Virus record (IMG/VR): IMGVR_UViG_3300013121_000027
Span: 32,001-96,000 of that record
Direction: 5' to 3' (one strand)
DNA: 64,000 nt
From: a virus
Taxonomy: Duplodnaviria; Caudoviricetes
Below, piece after piece: positions 43,762 to 52,972 of this stretch; the first letter of the stretch is position 1, and each line of letters starts with the position of its first letter. The notes below the pieces were generated by a model, which was not told where the DNA came from, ran no database searches, and saw nothing but the letters and a program-made list of their open reading frames with translations. A program made the position numbers and the translations under genes.

Positions 43762-44190
43762 ATGTTAAATAAGAAAAATTTAGTTATTCTTGAGGGTGGA
43801 CTTACTAAAGATCCTCAAGAGTTTGAAAATGCTAATGTTGTTCACCTATCATTAGCAGTAGATAATGCAGGACAAGAAAAAGGTGTTCAGTACGCCTCTG
43901 GCTATTTCGATGTGAAGGTTTGGCTAAATGAGTCAAAGTTTACACCGGCTGCCGTAAGCGAATATGTTCGCAATGCCCTTAAAGAAAAGACCCTAAAGAA
44001 GGGCGCACGAGTTTCTATTGTTGGAACTCTTCGTCAAGAGCGTTGGGAAAAGGATGGACAGCGTTCGTCTAAGGTAGTTGTAATTGCAGAAGCTATAGAA
44101 GTCTACACCGCCTCCAAGAATGCTGGTCAGGCTGCTACTGCTACTGCTGCAATAACCGCACAAGAAGAAACTTTCGTCCCTAATTTCTAA
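43762..44190 (+). CDS. ssb: Single-stranded DNA-binding protein
   Basis: N.VILEGGLTKDP...LAV...LKKG.RV...G.LRQERWEKDG..RSKV.V.A; C-terminal PNF. Confidence 0.9.
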   Translation: MLNKKNLVILEGGLTKDPQEFENANVVHLSLAVDNAGQEKGVQYASGYFDVKVWLNESKFTPAAVSEYVRNALKEKTLKKGARVSIVGTLRQERWEKDGQRSSKVVVIAEAIEVYTASKNAGQAATATAAITAQEETFVPNF

Positions 44191-44199
44191 GGAATTGTT

Positions 44200-44922
44200 G
44201 TGGCTGAAGAAGCAGAACTCGTCACTCCGGTTGTTGTTTCTTCAGCCGCACAATCAAAACTTCTCCCCTTTTCCTTTTTAGAAACTCAGCTATACGATAA
44301 GATGTCAAAACTATTGACGTCTTATATGCCAGCAGCCGATATTAGATATATGATTTCTGAAATTAAGTCAGATCTTTTTGCCGGGTTTACTAAGATTGAT
44401 TCTAAGCAACTTCATACCGTAATACATCATTGTAAAAAATGCCCAAATGTTTCTGGATCTCCCATCCTTCCATCTTGGAATTGCACCGATCCAGATCTCA
44501 TGATTATAGTTGAGAGTCCTACCATAATAGAACGTTATGGTTCCTTTCTCTTTAACGCTTTAAAACAGACTGGATTTTCTTCAAATAGATGTGTCTTAAC
44601 TTATGTTACAAGATGTAAGGTTAAAGAATTAACTCAACAGAACGTAGATTCTTGTTTGCCCTATCTTCATACTGAACTTCCAATTCTCAATCCTAAAGTT
44701 ATTATGCCTTTAGGTCTATCTGTTTTTCAGTTTTTAACTGGAGATATCAATTCTAAGCTAAATGAGATAAAGGGAATTGTTCGTTCTTGGGGAACTTATT
44801 CTATTATTCCCGAAGTTTCTTTGGGTACTTTATATCACGCGAATGAAAAAGGACAAGGGGCATATGATGCATTTGTTGCCTCATTAGAAAAAACATATAA
44901 TTATCTTTACTTAGGAGGATGA
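44200..44922 (+). CDS. Uracil-DNA glycosylase family 4-like protein
   Basis: C..CP...DLMIIVESP...TY.TRC...C.PYL..E.....PKVI..LG. Confidence 0.75.
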   Translation: MAEEAELVTPVVVSSAAQSKLLPFSFLETQLYDKMSKLLTSYMPAADIRYMISEIKSDLFAGFTKIDSKQLHTVIHHCKKCPNVSGSPILPSWNCTDPDLMIIVESPTIIERYGSFLFNALKQTGFSSNRCVLTYVTRCKVKELTQQNVDSCLPYLHTELPILNPKVIMPLGLSVFQFLTGDINSKLNEIKGIVRSWGTYSIIPEVSLGTLYHANEKGQGAYDAFVASLEKTYNYLYLGG

Positions 44923-47435
44923 CTTACCACTATGACCGATGGCGGAGATATTCAAACCATTGGCTATAGTCCTATTCAGTTTAGTGAATTAGTCGAGAAA
45001 GAATTAAAAACTCCCGATTCACTTACTAAAAATGAATTAAGCTATTTAAAAACACATAAACCCTACTGGCGTTCTGAACTTATTAACTTAAAAAAGAGAA
45101 CAGAATTTCAATTAACTTCTTCTAAAGCGCGTCAATTCTCTCTTTATAAAGAAAAAATAAATAACAAATTGACTGAAGCTCAATATGTTGATAAACTTCA
45201 AGTAGAAAAATCTTGGCGTTGTAACGCAACAAGATTTGTACAACAACTTGAATTTAAAATTTCTGAGGTAAAGATGATGACTGATGCGTGATTTAATTTC
45301 TAAAATAAAAAACTCTCAACCTACAAAAACAGGCGAGGAAGCTGCATTAGCTTTAGCCAATATTGTCATGAATCCTACTTGGGTTTCAGCTTCGTCGCTT
45401 GTTTTTGGTATAGAAGAGATGATTGATTACGCAAGTAATTTTATCAGCTATGATGCCCGTATTGTTGTTCACGATGAAGAATTATTTACAATTCAGCCTA
45501 TTCATATTTTGCATATAGATGAGTCCATTCTTACTGACGGATGGAAAAATATTTGGGTTTTACTTTATAGCAATGGTGCAGTTTCTTATGGAGAAAAAGA
45601 AGATCCCAATGACAATTTGTTAGCAGTCTTTGTCGATGAATCTCTTATTGATCCTGCTAACTTAGTTGAGATTGTTCTTAAGAAAGATTCTCAATGAAGA
45701 AAGTTTATGTTCCCCATCTCTCATCTATAGTTACTTTACCACTTGAGAAGTGGGGACCTCTTTCTTTAAATGATATAGTGTTTGCTTACGACGGCAACGA
45801 TACGATAGCTTGGTTATCTATTATTGAAATAGATACCGATAGCAATATTGCTACTGCTAAAGTCTTAGATTATTTTGATAATTTAGAATAACTTGTAAAG
45901 GAAAATCAATTGGACGATTCATCAGAAATGATCCCTCTAGAAGATGTAGTCGTTATGTCTGATTATTTTTTGGATGTTTTGTCAATAGCAGGTATTCTTT
46001 ACCAGAACCATGATGAACCTGGTTCTATTGTTCCTGAAGGTTTAGAACCAAAACAATATCTTACTCTTGGAGAAAAACTCTATGAGATAATGCAACAAAG
46101 ATTTGGTGAAAATGTTTCTGAAAGTGAAAAACTTAAGTTTTTTACCTGGTTGATGGTACAATATTCTTGCCTCTATGTTTTAAAAACTTTTCCAGATAAG
46201 ATTCCTTTACCAGAAATTATAGAACAAGAAATAAAGTACTCGTTTATAAAAGAAAATCCTGAGCTATATTAGGACCTAACAGATGAGTAGACGCAGAGTG
46301 CAAAAATCTAAAGGTAAGAAAAACTATAAAAATACCTCCATCATTGAAGGTAACAAGACTTTTTATATTGACGAAGATGGATCTGTAATTCCCCTTCGTC
46401 CAAGTAAATCTGTAAGGTATGATTCCCCTAAGGGTGCTATAAATAATCGCCATAACAATAATCAACAAGTCAATAGCCAGCCTGACAAAAGTAAGAAGAG
46501 GCATAGGTACGCTTATGCAAATTTTCATCAAATGGATTTAGTAGCCGAAGAAATTTTTGGACCATCTCGCAACTATCATGACTCTTTATCTTAGAATAGA
46601 CGACAATAAACATTTTAATTGGTTGAAAAAGATCATTGATGGTTGGTATAATGCCGATCCCAATGATCAACGACTTCAAATTAATTATGAGCCAATAGCT
46701 GGCTGGTATAAATATCTTAATGAAAATGTTGTTAATGTATCTGAAGTCATTGCTGAAGTCGAGCCTGAACAACTACCTATTCTTCTTGATAAAACACATG
46801 TTAAAAAAGTACAGAAACCTATGAAGAAAGCTTCTCCACCTGTTGACGGAGTCAAGCGTAAAGGTCGTCCTCCTTCCAAGCAAACTTTAGCTGCTCGTAA
46901 GCAAAAAGAAAAAGCTGAGAAGATAAAAGAAAAATTAGCTGATCCCTTTTTCTGTCCTGATCATCCCACTTATGGTGGTAAGAATCGTATCAGCAGAGAT
47001 TGCTCAAGATGCTGGGATATTTATAAGTCCTTCCATCCAGCCGATTGGAAGCAGGCTTGGAATGCTTTTCAAAGAACTAAGAATAAGACTGCGCAAAATT
47101 AAATATGAAGATACCTAATAATCGTTTAACGGCTAATAAAAGATCTATTTATAGCGCAAAAGCAATGATCGTTCATCATGATTTATGGAATCATTGGAAT
47201 ATTTATTGTTCCTTTAAGGATGAGAACGATACTTCTTGGCAGAAGTATGTTCACAGGGATAATAGCTACTACGACTACTACTACAGTAGCAAGTGGCGAC
47301 ATAGAACAAGATCTGCTCAAAGACTTAGTGTGGGTATGACCTTTTCTCCAATGTATGGTTCCGCATTGATAAAAATAATGTATCCCAATAATTATACTTC
47401 ACAAAATGAATTTCCATTATTAGCTCAAGAATTGG

Positions 47436-48620
47436 ATGGTATTATTGATGGTTGATCTTCCTAAGGTTATTCCTACGGCTGATTTACTTGATCCAGAAGA
47501 CAGAGCAATAAATATTGCTATCAATGCTCGTGGATTTAATAGAAGGCGTTCTATTTCCGCCAAAAAAGAATTAATTGCTCCAGATTTTCAAGAGGTTTTT
47601 AATGCTAAATTTGGATCCAATATTCTTTTAGATTCTATGGATGTTGCTTATGATCCTAAAACAAAAACTAACAAGTTTTATGGTAGTATTATTTTTGATC
47701 TCTCTGATGCTATCCTGGTTTATTTTCGTTCCGCTTCGGATTTTAATTATTTCCACTTTTGGTCAGACAAAAATAAAATTGCAGAAGACTATTGTGCTTG
47801 GGTACAGCAGAATCTTATCTTAGATAAGGTTCAAAATGTATTTGATGATAAGAATAATACTCGTGAGATAACCTTTTGGGCAGCAATGGGTGGTGATTAT
47901 GAAGATTTTAATAGGTCTGTTGTTCTTTATAATTGGGATGATCATGTTCAATACAATTATCCTCCCGCAGTTGCTAAACAACTGAATTTCTTGCGCGATC
48001 TTAATCCACCTATTCTTGGCGGTAAGATCTTAATCTTCCATGGAAGTCCTGGTACTGGTAAAACCTCCTTTCTAAGGTGCCTCACGCGCCACTGGACCGA
48101 CTGGTGCCACACTTCTTATATCACTGATCCTGAGAACTTCCTGGGACAACCTGGAGCCATGCTTCGGGTAATCACCTGGAACTATCAATCTTTTATTGCC
48201 GCAGATGTTTTACCCGAAAACGCATATCATCTTCTTATCCTTGAAGATGCTGATGAATTGATAACTACAGATGCAAAAGAAAGAACCGGGCAAGCCCTTT
48301 CTCGTCTCCTCAATATAGGAGATGGTTTGTTGGGTCATTCAACAAATCTTCTTATTTGTATTACTACTAATGTTGAGGTAGAAAAATTGCATCCTGCCAT
48401 TACTCGTAACGGTAGATGTATTGCGAATATTCACTTTGATATGTTCACCTATGAAGAATCTGTTGATTGGTTAAAAGCCAACAATATTGAGGCTTCTCCA
48501 CACGAGATGGGCTTGAAGCACGCTGAGAAATATAGTCTTGCGGATCTTTATGCGCTTTCGAGCAAAGCAAAACAAATCACTCACAAACAAGAAGACTTTG
48601 CAGTGGGTATCTATCTATAG
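47436..48620 (+). CDS. AAA ATPase, DUF5925-associated actinobacterial type
   Basis: GKILIFHGSPGTGKT; LLILEDADEL; GQALSRLLN..DGLLG; LHPAI.R.GRC. Confidence 0.85.
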   Translation: MVLLMVDLPKVIPTADLLDPEDRAINIAINARGFNRRRSISAKKELIAPDFQEVFNAKFGSNILLDSMDVAYDPKTKTNKFYGSIIFDLSDAILVYFRSASDFNYFHFWSDKNKIAEDYCAWVQQNLILDKVQNVFDDKNNTREITFWAAMGGDYEDFNRSVVLYNWDDHVQYNYPPAVAKQLNFLRDLNPPILGGKILIFHGSPGTGKTSFLRCLTRHWTDWCHTSYITDPENFLGQPGAMLRVITWNYQSFIAADVLPENAYHLLILEDADELITTDAKERTGQALSRLLNIGDGLLGHSTNLLICITTNVEVEKLHPAITRNGRCIANIHFDMFTYEESVDWLKANNIEASPHEMGLKHAEKYSLADLYALSSKAKQITHKQEDFAVGIYL

Positions 48621-48661
48621 TATAATACTAATTACATACATGTAAAATAAAAAGGATTTAA

Positions 48662-49360
48662 ATGACAAAGAAAAATTACACTCATATTACTGCCGTTGTA
48701 GATCGTTCTGGATCGATGGTGACCATTCAGGAAGATGCCCAAGGTGGTATTAACCAGCTTATTGTAGCAAATAAAGAAGCTCCTGGTCAATGTACCTTTG
48801 CTCTCTATCAGTTTGATACAGAATTCGAAACTGTAGTTGCACCATCAAACATTTCTATGGTCGGAGAGTATACTCTTGTACCTCGTGGTGGAACTGCCCT
48901 TCTTGATGCTCAATGGAAAGCTATTCAACTAACTGGTGAATATCTTAAGTCTTTACCAGAAAAACAACGTCCTGAAAAGGTTATCTTCATCACCGTAACT
49001 GATGGTGGGGAAAATATGTCAAAGGAAATTGTTGGATGGCAAGGTACACAAAACCTTAAGAATAAAATTGAAGAGCAGAAGAATAAGTATTCTTGGGATT
49101 TCGTTTACATTGGCGCCAATCAGGACGCTTTTGCTGTCGGTCAATCAATGGGAATTAATACTACTACTACCTATATACCAAATACCTGGTCCACTAAGGC
49201 TATGTACGGCAATCTTGCGACCGCTACTGTGACCTCACGTGCTACAGGCGAATCAATGACTAATTATCTTGCTTCGTCTGTCACTGCTGATGGCACTCTT
49301 GTCTTTGATAAGAAAGACAAAGAGGAAAAGAAAGAAGCTACAACTGGAGATAATAAATGA
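48662..49360 (+). CDS. vWA-domain protein
   Basis: MIDAS motif DRSGSM; PRGGTALLDA; TDGGEN. Confidence 0.9.
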   Translation: MTKKNYTHITAVVDRSGSMVTIQEDAQGGINQLIVANKEAPGQCTFALYQFDTEFETVVAPSNISMVGEYTLVPRGGTALLDAQWKAIQLTGEYLKSLPEKQRPEKVIFITVTDGGENMSKEIVGWQGTQNLKNKIEEQKNKYSWDFVYIGANQDAFAVGQSMGINTTTTYIPNTWSTKAMYGNLATATVTSRATGESMTNYLASSVTADGTLVFDKKDKEEKKEATTGDNK

Positions 49361-49725
49361 ACGTATAGGGTAAATTATACCTTTTCATTAGATCAGATTT
49401 ATCACCTGGGTTAATTACTGCTCAGGCTTGTCATGTTGCTATGTCTGCATGCGAGAAATGGGATTTATATCCTGACAATATAGTTGTTGTATTGGATGGA
49501 GGTAAATCCGAAGATGATCTAATGATTCTTTTAGACAAGTTGACTTGGTGGTGTGGCAATTCTGAATTTTGGGAAGAACCGCGCTTAGGAGACGATGACG
49601 TTGTCGTTTTCCGTGAACCAGATCTTCTTGAGGACATGACAGGATTTGCAATAGTTCCTGGCAAACTTCCTGATTGGGTCTTATCCATCCCTCTTCTGTT
49701 TTCGGAAGGGGGTGAATCTAAATGA
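49357..49725 (+). CDS. Pth2-like peptidyl-tRNA hydrolase with an in-frame TAG at codon 4
   Basis: ATG AAC GTA TAG then GKLYLFIRSDLSPGLITAQACHVA...FREPDL..MTGFA; GGAG RBS and ATGA overlap with the vWA stop. Confidence 0.75.
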
Positions 49726-50038
49726 CTATAGGTACAATCCTCTCCACTGAAGAGCGCTTGCAAGAACAAGTAAATTCTCTTCGCCAACAGGTTGGCAATT
49801 TAAACTACGAACTGTATCACTACAGAGACGAAAATAAAAAACCTTCCTGGCTTCAGGCAAAGATGATGAGTCAAGCTAAAGCTCTTACGAATTTGAATAA
49901 AAGAGTTCGTATGCAGCGGCTTATTCTCAGAGAGTTGAATGTTATTAATCCTGAACTCGCAGATACTATATTTAACTTGGTTAAAGATAAGTATCCAGTC
50001 GAGTTAAATGATCAAATACAATTAACTTTCTAACAGAT

Positions 50039-50078
50039 TTACCTTCTGGAGTTTCGCGGAACGTACTCCAGGAGGTAA
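50039..50078 (+). other. 14 bp hairpin immediately 5' of the suppressor tRNA
   Basis: TTACCTTCTGGAGT pairs with ACTCCAGGAGGTAA. Confidence 0.6.
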
Positions 50079-50081
50079 TAC

Positions 50082-50155
50082 GGTTTCATAGTTCAATGTA
50101 GAACGACATCCTCTAAAGATGTGCGTTGCGGGTTCAAGTCCCGCTGAAACCTCCA
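50082..50155 (+). tRNA. Amber suppressor tRNA (anticodon CTA) with encoded CCA
   Basis: GGTTTCA/TGAAACC-T-CCA; GTTC-AATGTA-GAAC; ACATC-CTCTAAA-GATGT; GCGGG-TTCAAGT-CCCGC. Confidence 0.9.
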
Positions 50156-50355
50156 TGAATAACCATCCCCTAATAGGCAGATGTGTCGAGCTTGTTGAAA
50201 TGATAGACGATCCAGATCCAATTCCCTATGGTGCAAGAGGGACTGTGATGCGTGTTGTTCGATTTTTAGAAACAGAAGTTATAACTGTTAATTGGGAAAT
50301 AAAAAGATGTTTAAATCTTGTCTCACCACCCGATAAATATGTTATAATAGATTAG
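50155..50355 (+). CDS. DUF4314-like protein; ATG overlaps the tRNA CCA
   Basis: G..VELVEM.DDP.PIP.GA.GTV...I.V.W....LNLV...D. Confidence 0.7.
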   Translation: MNNHPLIGRCVELVEMIDDPDPIPYGARGTVMRVVRFLETEVITVNWEIKRCLNLVSPPDKYVIID

Positions 50356-50378
50356 TAAGAAAAGTAAAAAGGTTTATT

Positions 50379-50443
50379 GTATGAACCGAATTTGAAGCGT
50401 TATCTTCTGGTGGTAAAATGCTTCATTGTTAACTTGTTCATAC
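50379..50443 (+). ncRNA. Y RNA-like unit 1
   Basis: GTATGAAC-CGAA...ACTT-GTTCATAC terminal helix; inner TGAAGCGTT/AATGCTTCA; TTATC. Confidence 0.75.
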
Positions 50444-50458
50444 TCAAGTTTAAAGCTT

Positions 50459-50526
50459 TGAACCGAATTGAAAACGATTATCTAATTGTAAATAGAACCC
50501 AAACTCGTTTTCTATCAACTTGTTCA
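50459..50526 (+). ncRNA. Y RNA-like unit 2
   Basis: TGAAC-CGAA...ACTT-GTTCA; inner GAAAACGA/TCGTTTTC; TTATC. Confidence 0.75.
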
Positions 50527-50538
50527 TTGCTCAGTTTA

Positions 50539-50663
50539 GTTAGAGCCGAACTTCAATTGATTATCATAGGTTCGAATCCCATAACCCCTAACGGGGGTTG
50601 CGCACCGGCGTTTGGTGCACCCAGTATAGTTCTGGGTTTCAATTGGAAAATACTTGTTCTAAC
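50539..50663 (+). ncRNA. Y RNA-like unit 3 with T-arm-containing cargo
   Basis: GTTAGAGC-CGAA...ACTT-GTTCTAAC; GGTTCGAATCC T arm followed by three hairpins. Confidence 0.8.
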
Positions 50664-50672
50664 ATTATTTAA

Positions 50673-50787
50673 ATCTTAAGCCGAATTTAAACGATTATCG
50701 CATATGGTTGACGAAGATGACACCAATAAGTCCATCTGAGCGGTTCGAATCCGCATTAAAATTCGTTTGAAATCCCTTGCTTAAGAT
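50673..50787 (+). ncRNA. Y RNA-like unit 4
   Basis: ATCTTAAGC-CGAA...CCTT-GCTTAAGAT; GCGG-TTCGAAT-CCGC T arm. Confidence 0.8.
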
Positions 50788-50795
50788 ATTTTTAT

Positions 50796-50928
50796 GTCAA
50801 AGCCGAATAAAATTCTTTATCGCCTTTCAAGCGGGTGGTCACAGGTTCAAATCCTGTCAAGGGCTAATTCCCTTTGTAGCTCAGTCCGGTAGAGCACCTA
50901 AACGAGGATTTTAAAAACTTGTTTTGAC
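50796..50928 (+). ncRNA. Y RNA-like unit 5, YrlA-type circularly permuted tRNA mimic
   Basis: GTCAAAGC-CGAA...ACTT-GTTTTGAC; T arm ACAGG-TTCAAAT-CCTGT, then closed acceptor AAGGG-CTAATT-CCCTT, then D arm TA-GCTC-AGTCCGGTA-GAGC. Confidence 0.85.
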
Positions 50929-50936
50929 GCCCTCTA

Positions 50937-51098
50937 ATTAAGAACCGAATTTAAACGATTATCATTTACCATACAACGGCAGAGATAGTATCGAAGCCAA
51001 CAAGAAGTCTCCTTGTAAAAAGAGAAAGATAAGCTACAAATAAGCGGAATCGCTGTAGTAATACAGTTATAATTCGTTTGAAGCAACTTGTTCTTAAT
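50937..51098 (+). ncRNA. Y RNA-like unit 6 (longest cargo)
   Basis: ATTAAGAAC-CGAA...ACTT-GTTCTTAAT; inner TTTAAACGA/TCGTTTGAA; TTATC. Confidence 0.75.
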
Positions 51099-51106
51099 AT
51101 CTCTTA

Positions 51107-51195
51107 ATCTTAAACCGAAATAATATGGTTCTCAGCAGCGTCTAACAGACAGTGGTTCGACTCCACAACCCGTATTAGCTCAACTTGTTTAAGAT
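51107..51195 (+). ncRNA. Y RNA-like unit 7
   Basis: ATCTTAAAC-CGAA...ACTT-GTTTAAGAT; GTGG-TTCGACT-CCAC T arm. Confidence 0.75.
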
Positions 51196-51243
51196 GCATT
51201 TTATATTTATCTTGTTCCCATCACATAGAAAGGAGAACCGAAA

Positions 51244-52827
51244 ATGACTACCGATCCTCTGATGCAGTTCAATATGCAGACCACTCCTCAGACTCAGCAA
51301 GCTGATAAGGCTCAGGTCCAGAATAATGCTGGTGGGTTTTCTTTTGAGGTTTCTACCGATCAGCGTCTGCTTCGTTTCTTAATTCTTGGTACTTGGGGCG
51401 GAACTTATTACGTCTCTGAGCAGAAGCTTACTAAGGATTCTTTCGAGAATGTTAAGAAGCTGGTTGACATTGACGGAAAGAAGGTTGTTGATATGGTACT
51501 TGATGTATCGCTCAACAACCGTGCTTATAAGCAGAACCCAACTCTGTTCACTCTCGCTGTAGCTTCTGCCGCTGATGACGTTGAGACTCGTCGCTATGCT
51601 CTTGCCGCTGTAGAAAAGGTATGCCGTACTGGCACCATGTTCTTCCAGTTCCTTGCTTATACTGAGCAGTTCCGTGGCTGGGGTTCCGCTCTTCAGAAGG
51701 CTGCTGCCAATTGGTACACTAATAAGACTCCCGATCAGCTTGCTAATCAGCTTGTCAAGTACCGTCAGCGTGATGGTTGGACTCACCGTGACGTTTTGCG
51801 TCTTGCAAAGCCTAAGATCGCCGCTGACAACCCTATCACGCCAGCTATTCGTTGGACCGTAGGTAAGGATACCGATCCCATTCTGCTTCCAGAGCTGATC
51901 TATGGCTTCCAGGAAGCTCAGAAGGTCACCAATGCTAAGGAGTGGGTGAAGCTTATCGAGCAGTATAAGCTTCCTTGGGAAGCTCTGCCAACCCAGGCTC
52001 TCAATGAGCCTTTGGTTTGGGAAGCTCTTGCTCCCCATATGGGATTGACTGCCTTGATTCGTAATCTTGGTAAGATGAGCGCCTGTGGTGCTCTTGTAAA
52101 CCATAGTGATCTTTCTAAGATTGTCAATGGTCGCCTCAGCGACAAGGAAGCATACCTCAAGGCTCGCGTACATCCAATGCAAGTTCTTCTTGCTCAGAGT
52201 GTTTACTCTGCTGGACGCGGCTTTAAGGGTAATAATACCTGGAATCCAGTTGCAACTGTTGTAGATAATCTTAATGAGGGATTCTATGCTGCATTTGGCA
52301 ACCTTCCAGAAACTGGTAAGCGTCGTATGCTTGCCATTGACGTGTCTGGGTCAATGGGCATGGGCACAATTGCTAATACCTTCTTGACGCCTCGTGATGC
52401 CTCTGCTGCACTTGCTATGGTAGCCCTTCACCAGGATCCGGAAAGCTATACCTTTGGCTTCTCTGGTGGCTTCATTCCTCTTGGCTTGTCCAAGGGTATG
52501 CGCTTGGATTCTGTTATTAAGAAGGTCAATGGTCTTCCTTTTGACAGAACCGATTGTGCTCTGCCTATGGTACACGCAAAGAAGGATCAATTGAAGGTGG
52601 ATTCATTTGAAATCTATACTGACAACGAGACCTGGGCTGGTAAGATTCATCCTCATCAGGCATTGAAGGACTACCGTGCTTGGTCTGGCATCAATTCCAA
52701 GTTTGTTGTAAATGGTATGGTCGCAAACAACTTTACTGTTGCCGATCCTAAGGATCCAGGATCGATCGACGTAGTTGGTTTCGATGCCTCTACCCCAAGC
52801 ATGGTATCAGATTTCATTTGCCAATAA
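51244..52827 (+). CDS. rsr: Ro60/TROVE RNA-binding protein (Rsr ortholog)
   Basis: NNAGGFSF, RFLILG..GGTYY, KYRQRDGWTHRDVLRL, ALIRNLGKM, DVSGSM vWA, TDNETW, GFDA..P. Confidence 0.95.
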   Translation: MTTDPLMQFNMQTTPQTQQADKAQVQNNAGGFSFEVSTDQRLLRFLILGTWGGTYYVSEQKLTKDSFENVKKLVDIDGKKVVDMVLDVSLNNRAYKQNPTLFTLAVASAADDVETRRYALAAVEKVCRTGTMFFQFLAYTEQFRGWGSALQKAAANWYTNKTPDQLANQLVKYRQRDGWTHRDVLRLAKPKIAADNPITPAIRWTVGKDTDPILLPELIYGFQEAQKVTNAKEWVKLIEQYKLPWEALPTQALNEPLVWEALAPHMGLTALIRNLGKMSACGALVNHSDLSKIVNGRLSDKEAYLKARVHPMQVLLAQSVYSAGRGFKGNNTWNPVATVVDNLNEGFYAAFGNLPETGKRRMLAIDVSGSMGMGTIANTFLTPRDASAALAMVALHQDPESYTFGFSGGFIPLGLSKGMRLDSVIKKVNGLPFDRTDCALPMVHAKKDQLKVDSFEIYTDNETWAGKIHPHQALKDYRAWSGINSKFVVNGMVANNFTVADPKDPGSIDVVGFDASTPSMVSDFICQ

Positions 52828-52831
52828 TAGA

Positions 52832-52964
52832 TTTCCTGTAGTAGACTTAACAGAACGATCAATAAGCTCAAAGTCCTTCGATTAGTCGAGCCTTATCTCT
52901 CTGAAAATGGCGGAGAGGAGCGAAGTTGTGTGGTGAAGAATCGGAATTCCACACCTACAGGAAA
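52832..52964 (+). ncRNA. Putative multibranch structured RNA downstream of rsr
   Basis: 10 bp closing stem TTTCCTGTAG/CTACAGGAAA with four internal hairpins. Confidence 0.5.
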
Positions 52965-52972
52965 CTTTTATT

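Noticed and set aside
50082-50155. Bona fide pyrrolysine tRNA or system
   Set aside because: Lacks the Pyl-specific 6 bp anticodon stem, 1-nt connector and non-canonical T loop; no pylSBCD in the window
50377-50679. 100 aa ORF over Y RNA units 1-3
   Set aside because: No RBS, protein-unlike composition, and it coincides with covarying RNA helices
50836-50900. Stand-alone tRNA gene at the T-arm/D-arm sequences
   Set aside because: The arms are in permuted order and enclosed by the Ro-binding helix, as in YrlA-type Y RNA
50379-51195. CRISPR array interpretation of the repeats before rsr
   Set aside because: Units are not identical direct repeats, spacing varies from 65 to 162 nt, the conserved halves pair around structured inserts, and no cas genes are present
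330-52182. Long minus-strand ORFs (330-1154, 1849-2892, 7414-8094, 51379-52182 and others)
   Set aside because: Antisense shadows of + strand genes that avoid A-ending codons; no motifs or RBS
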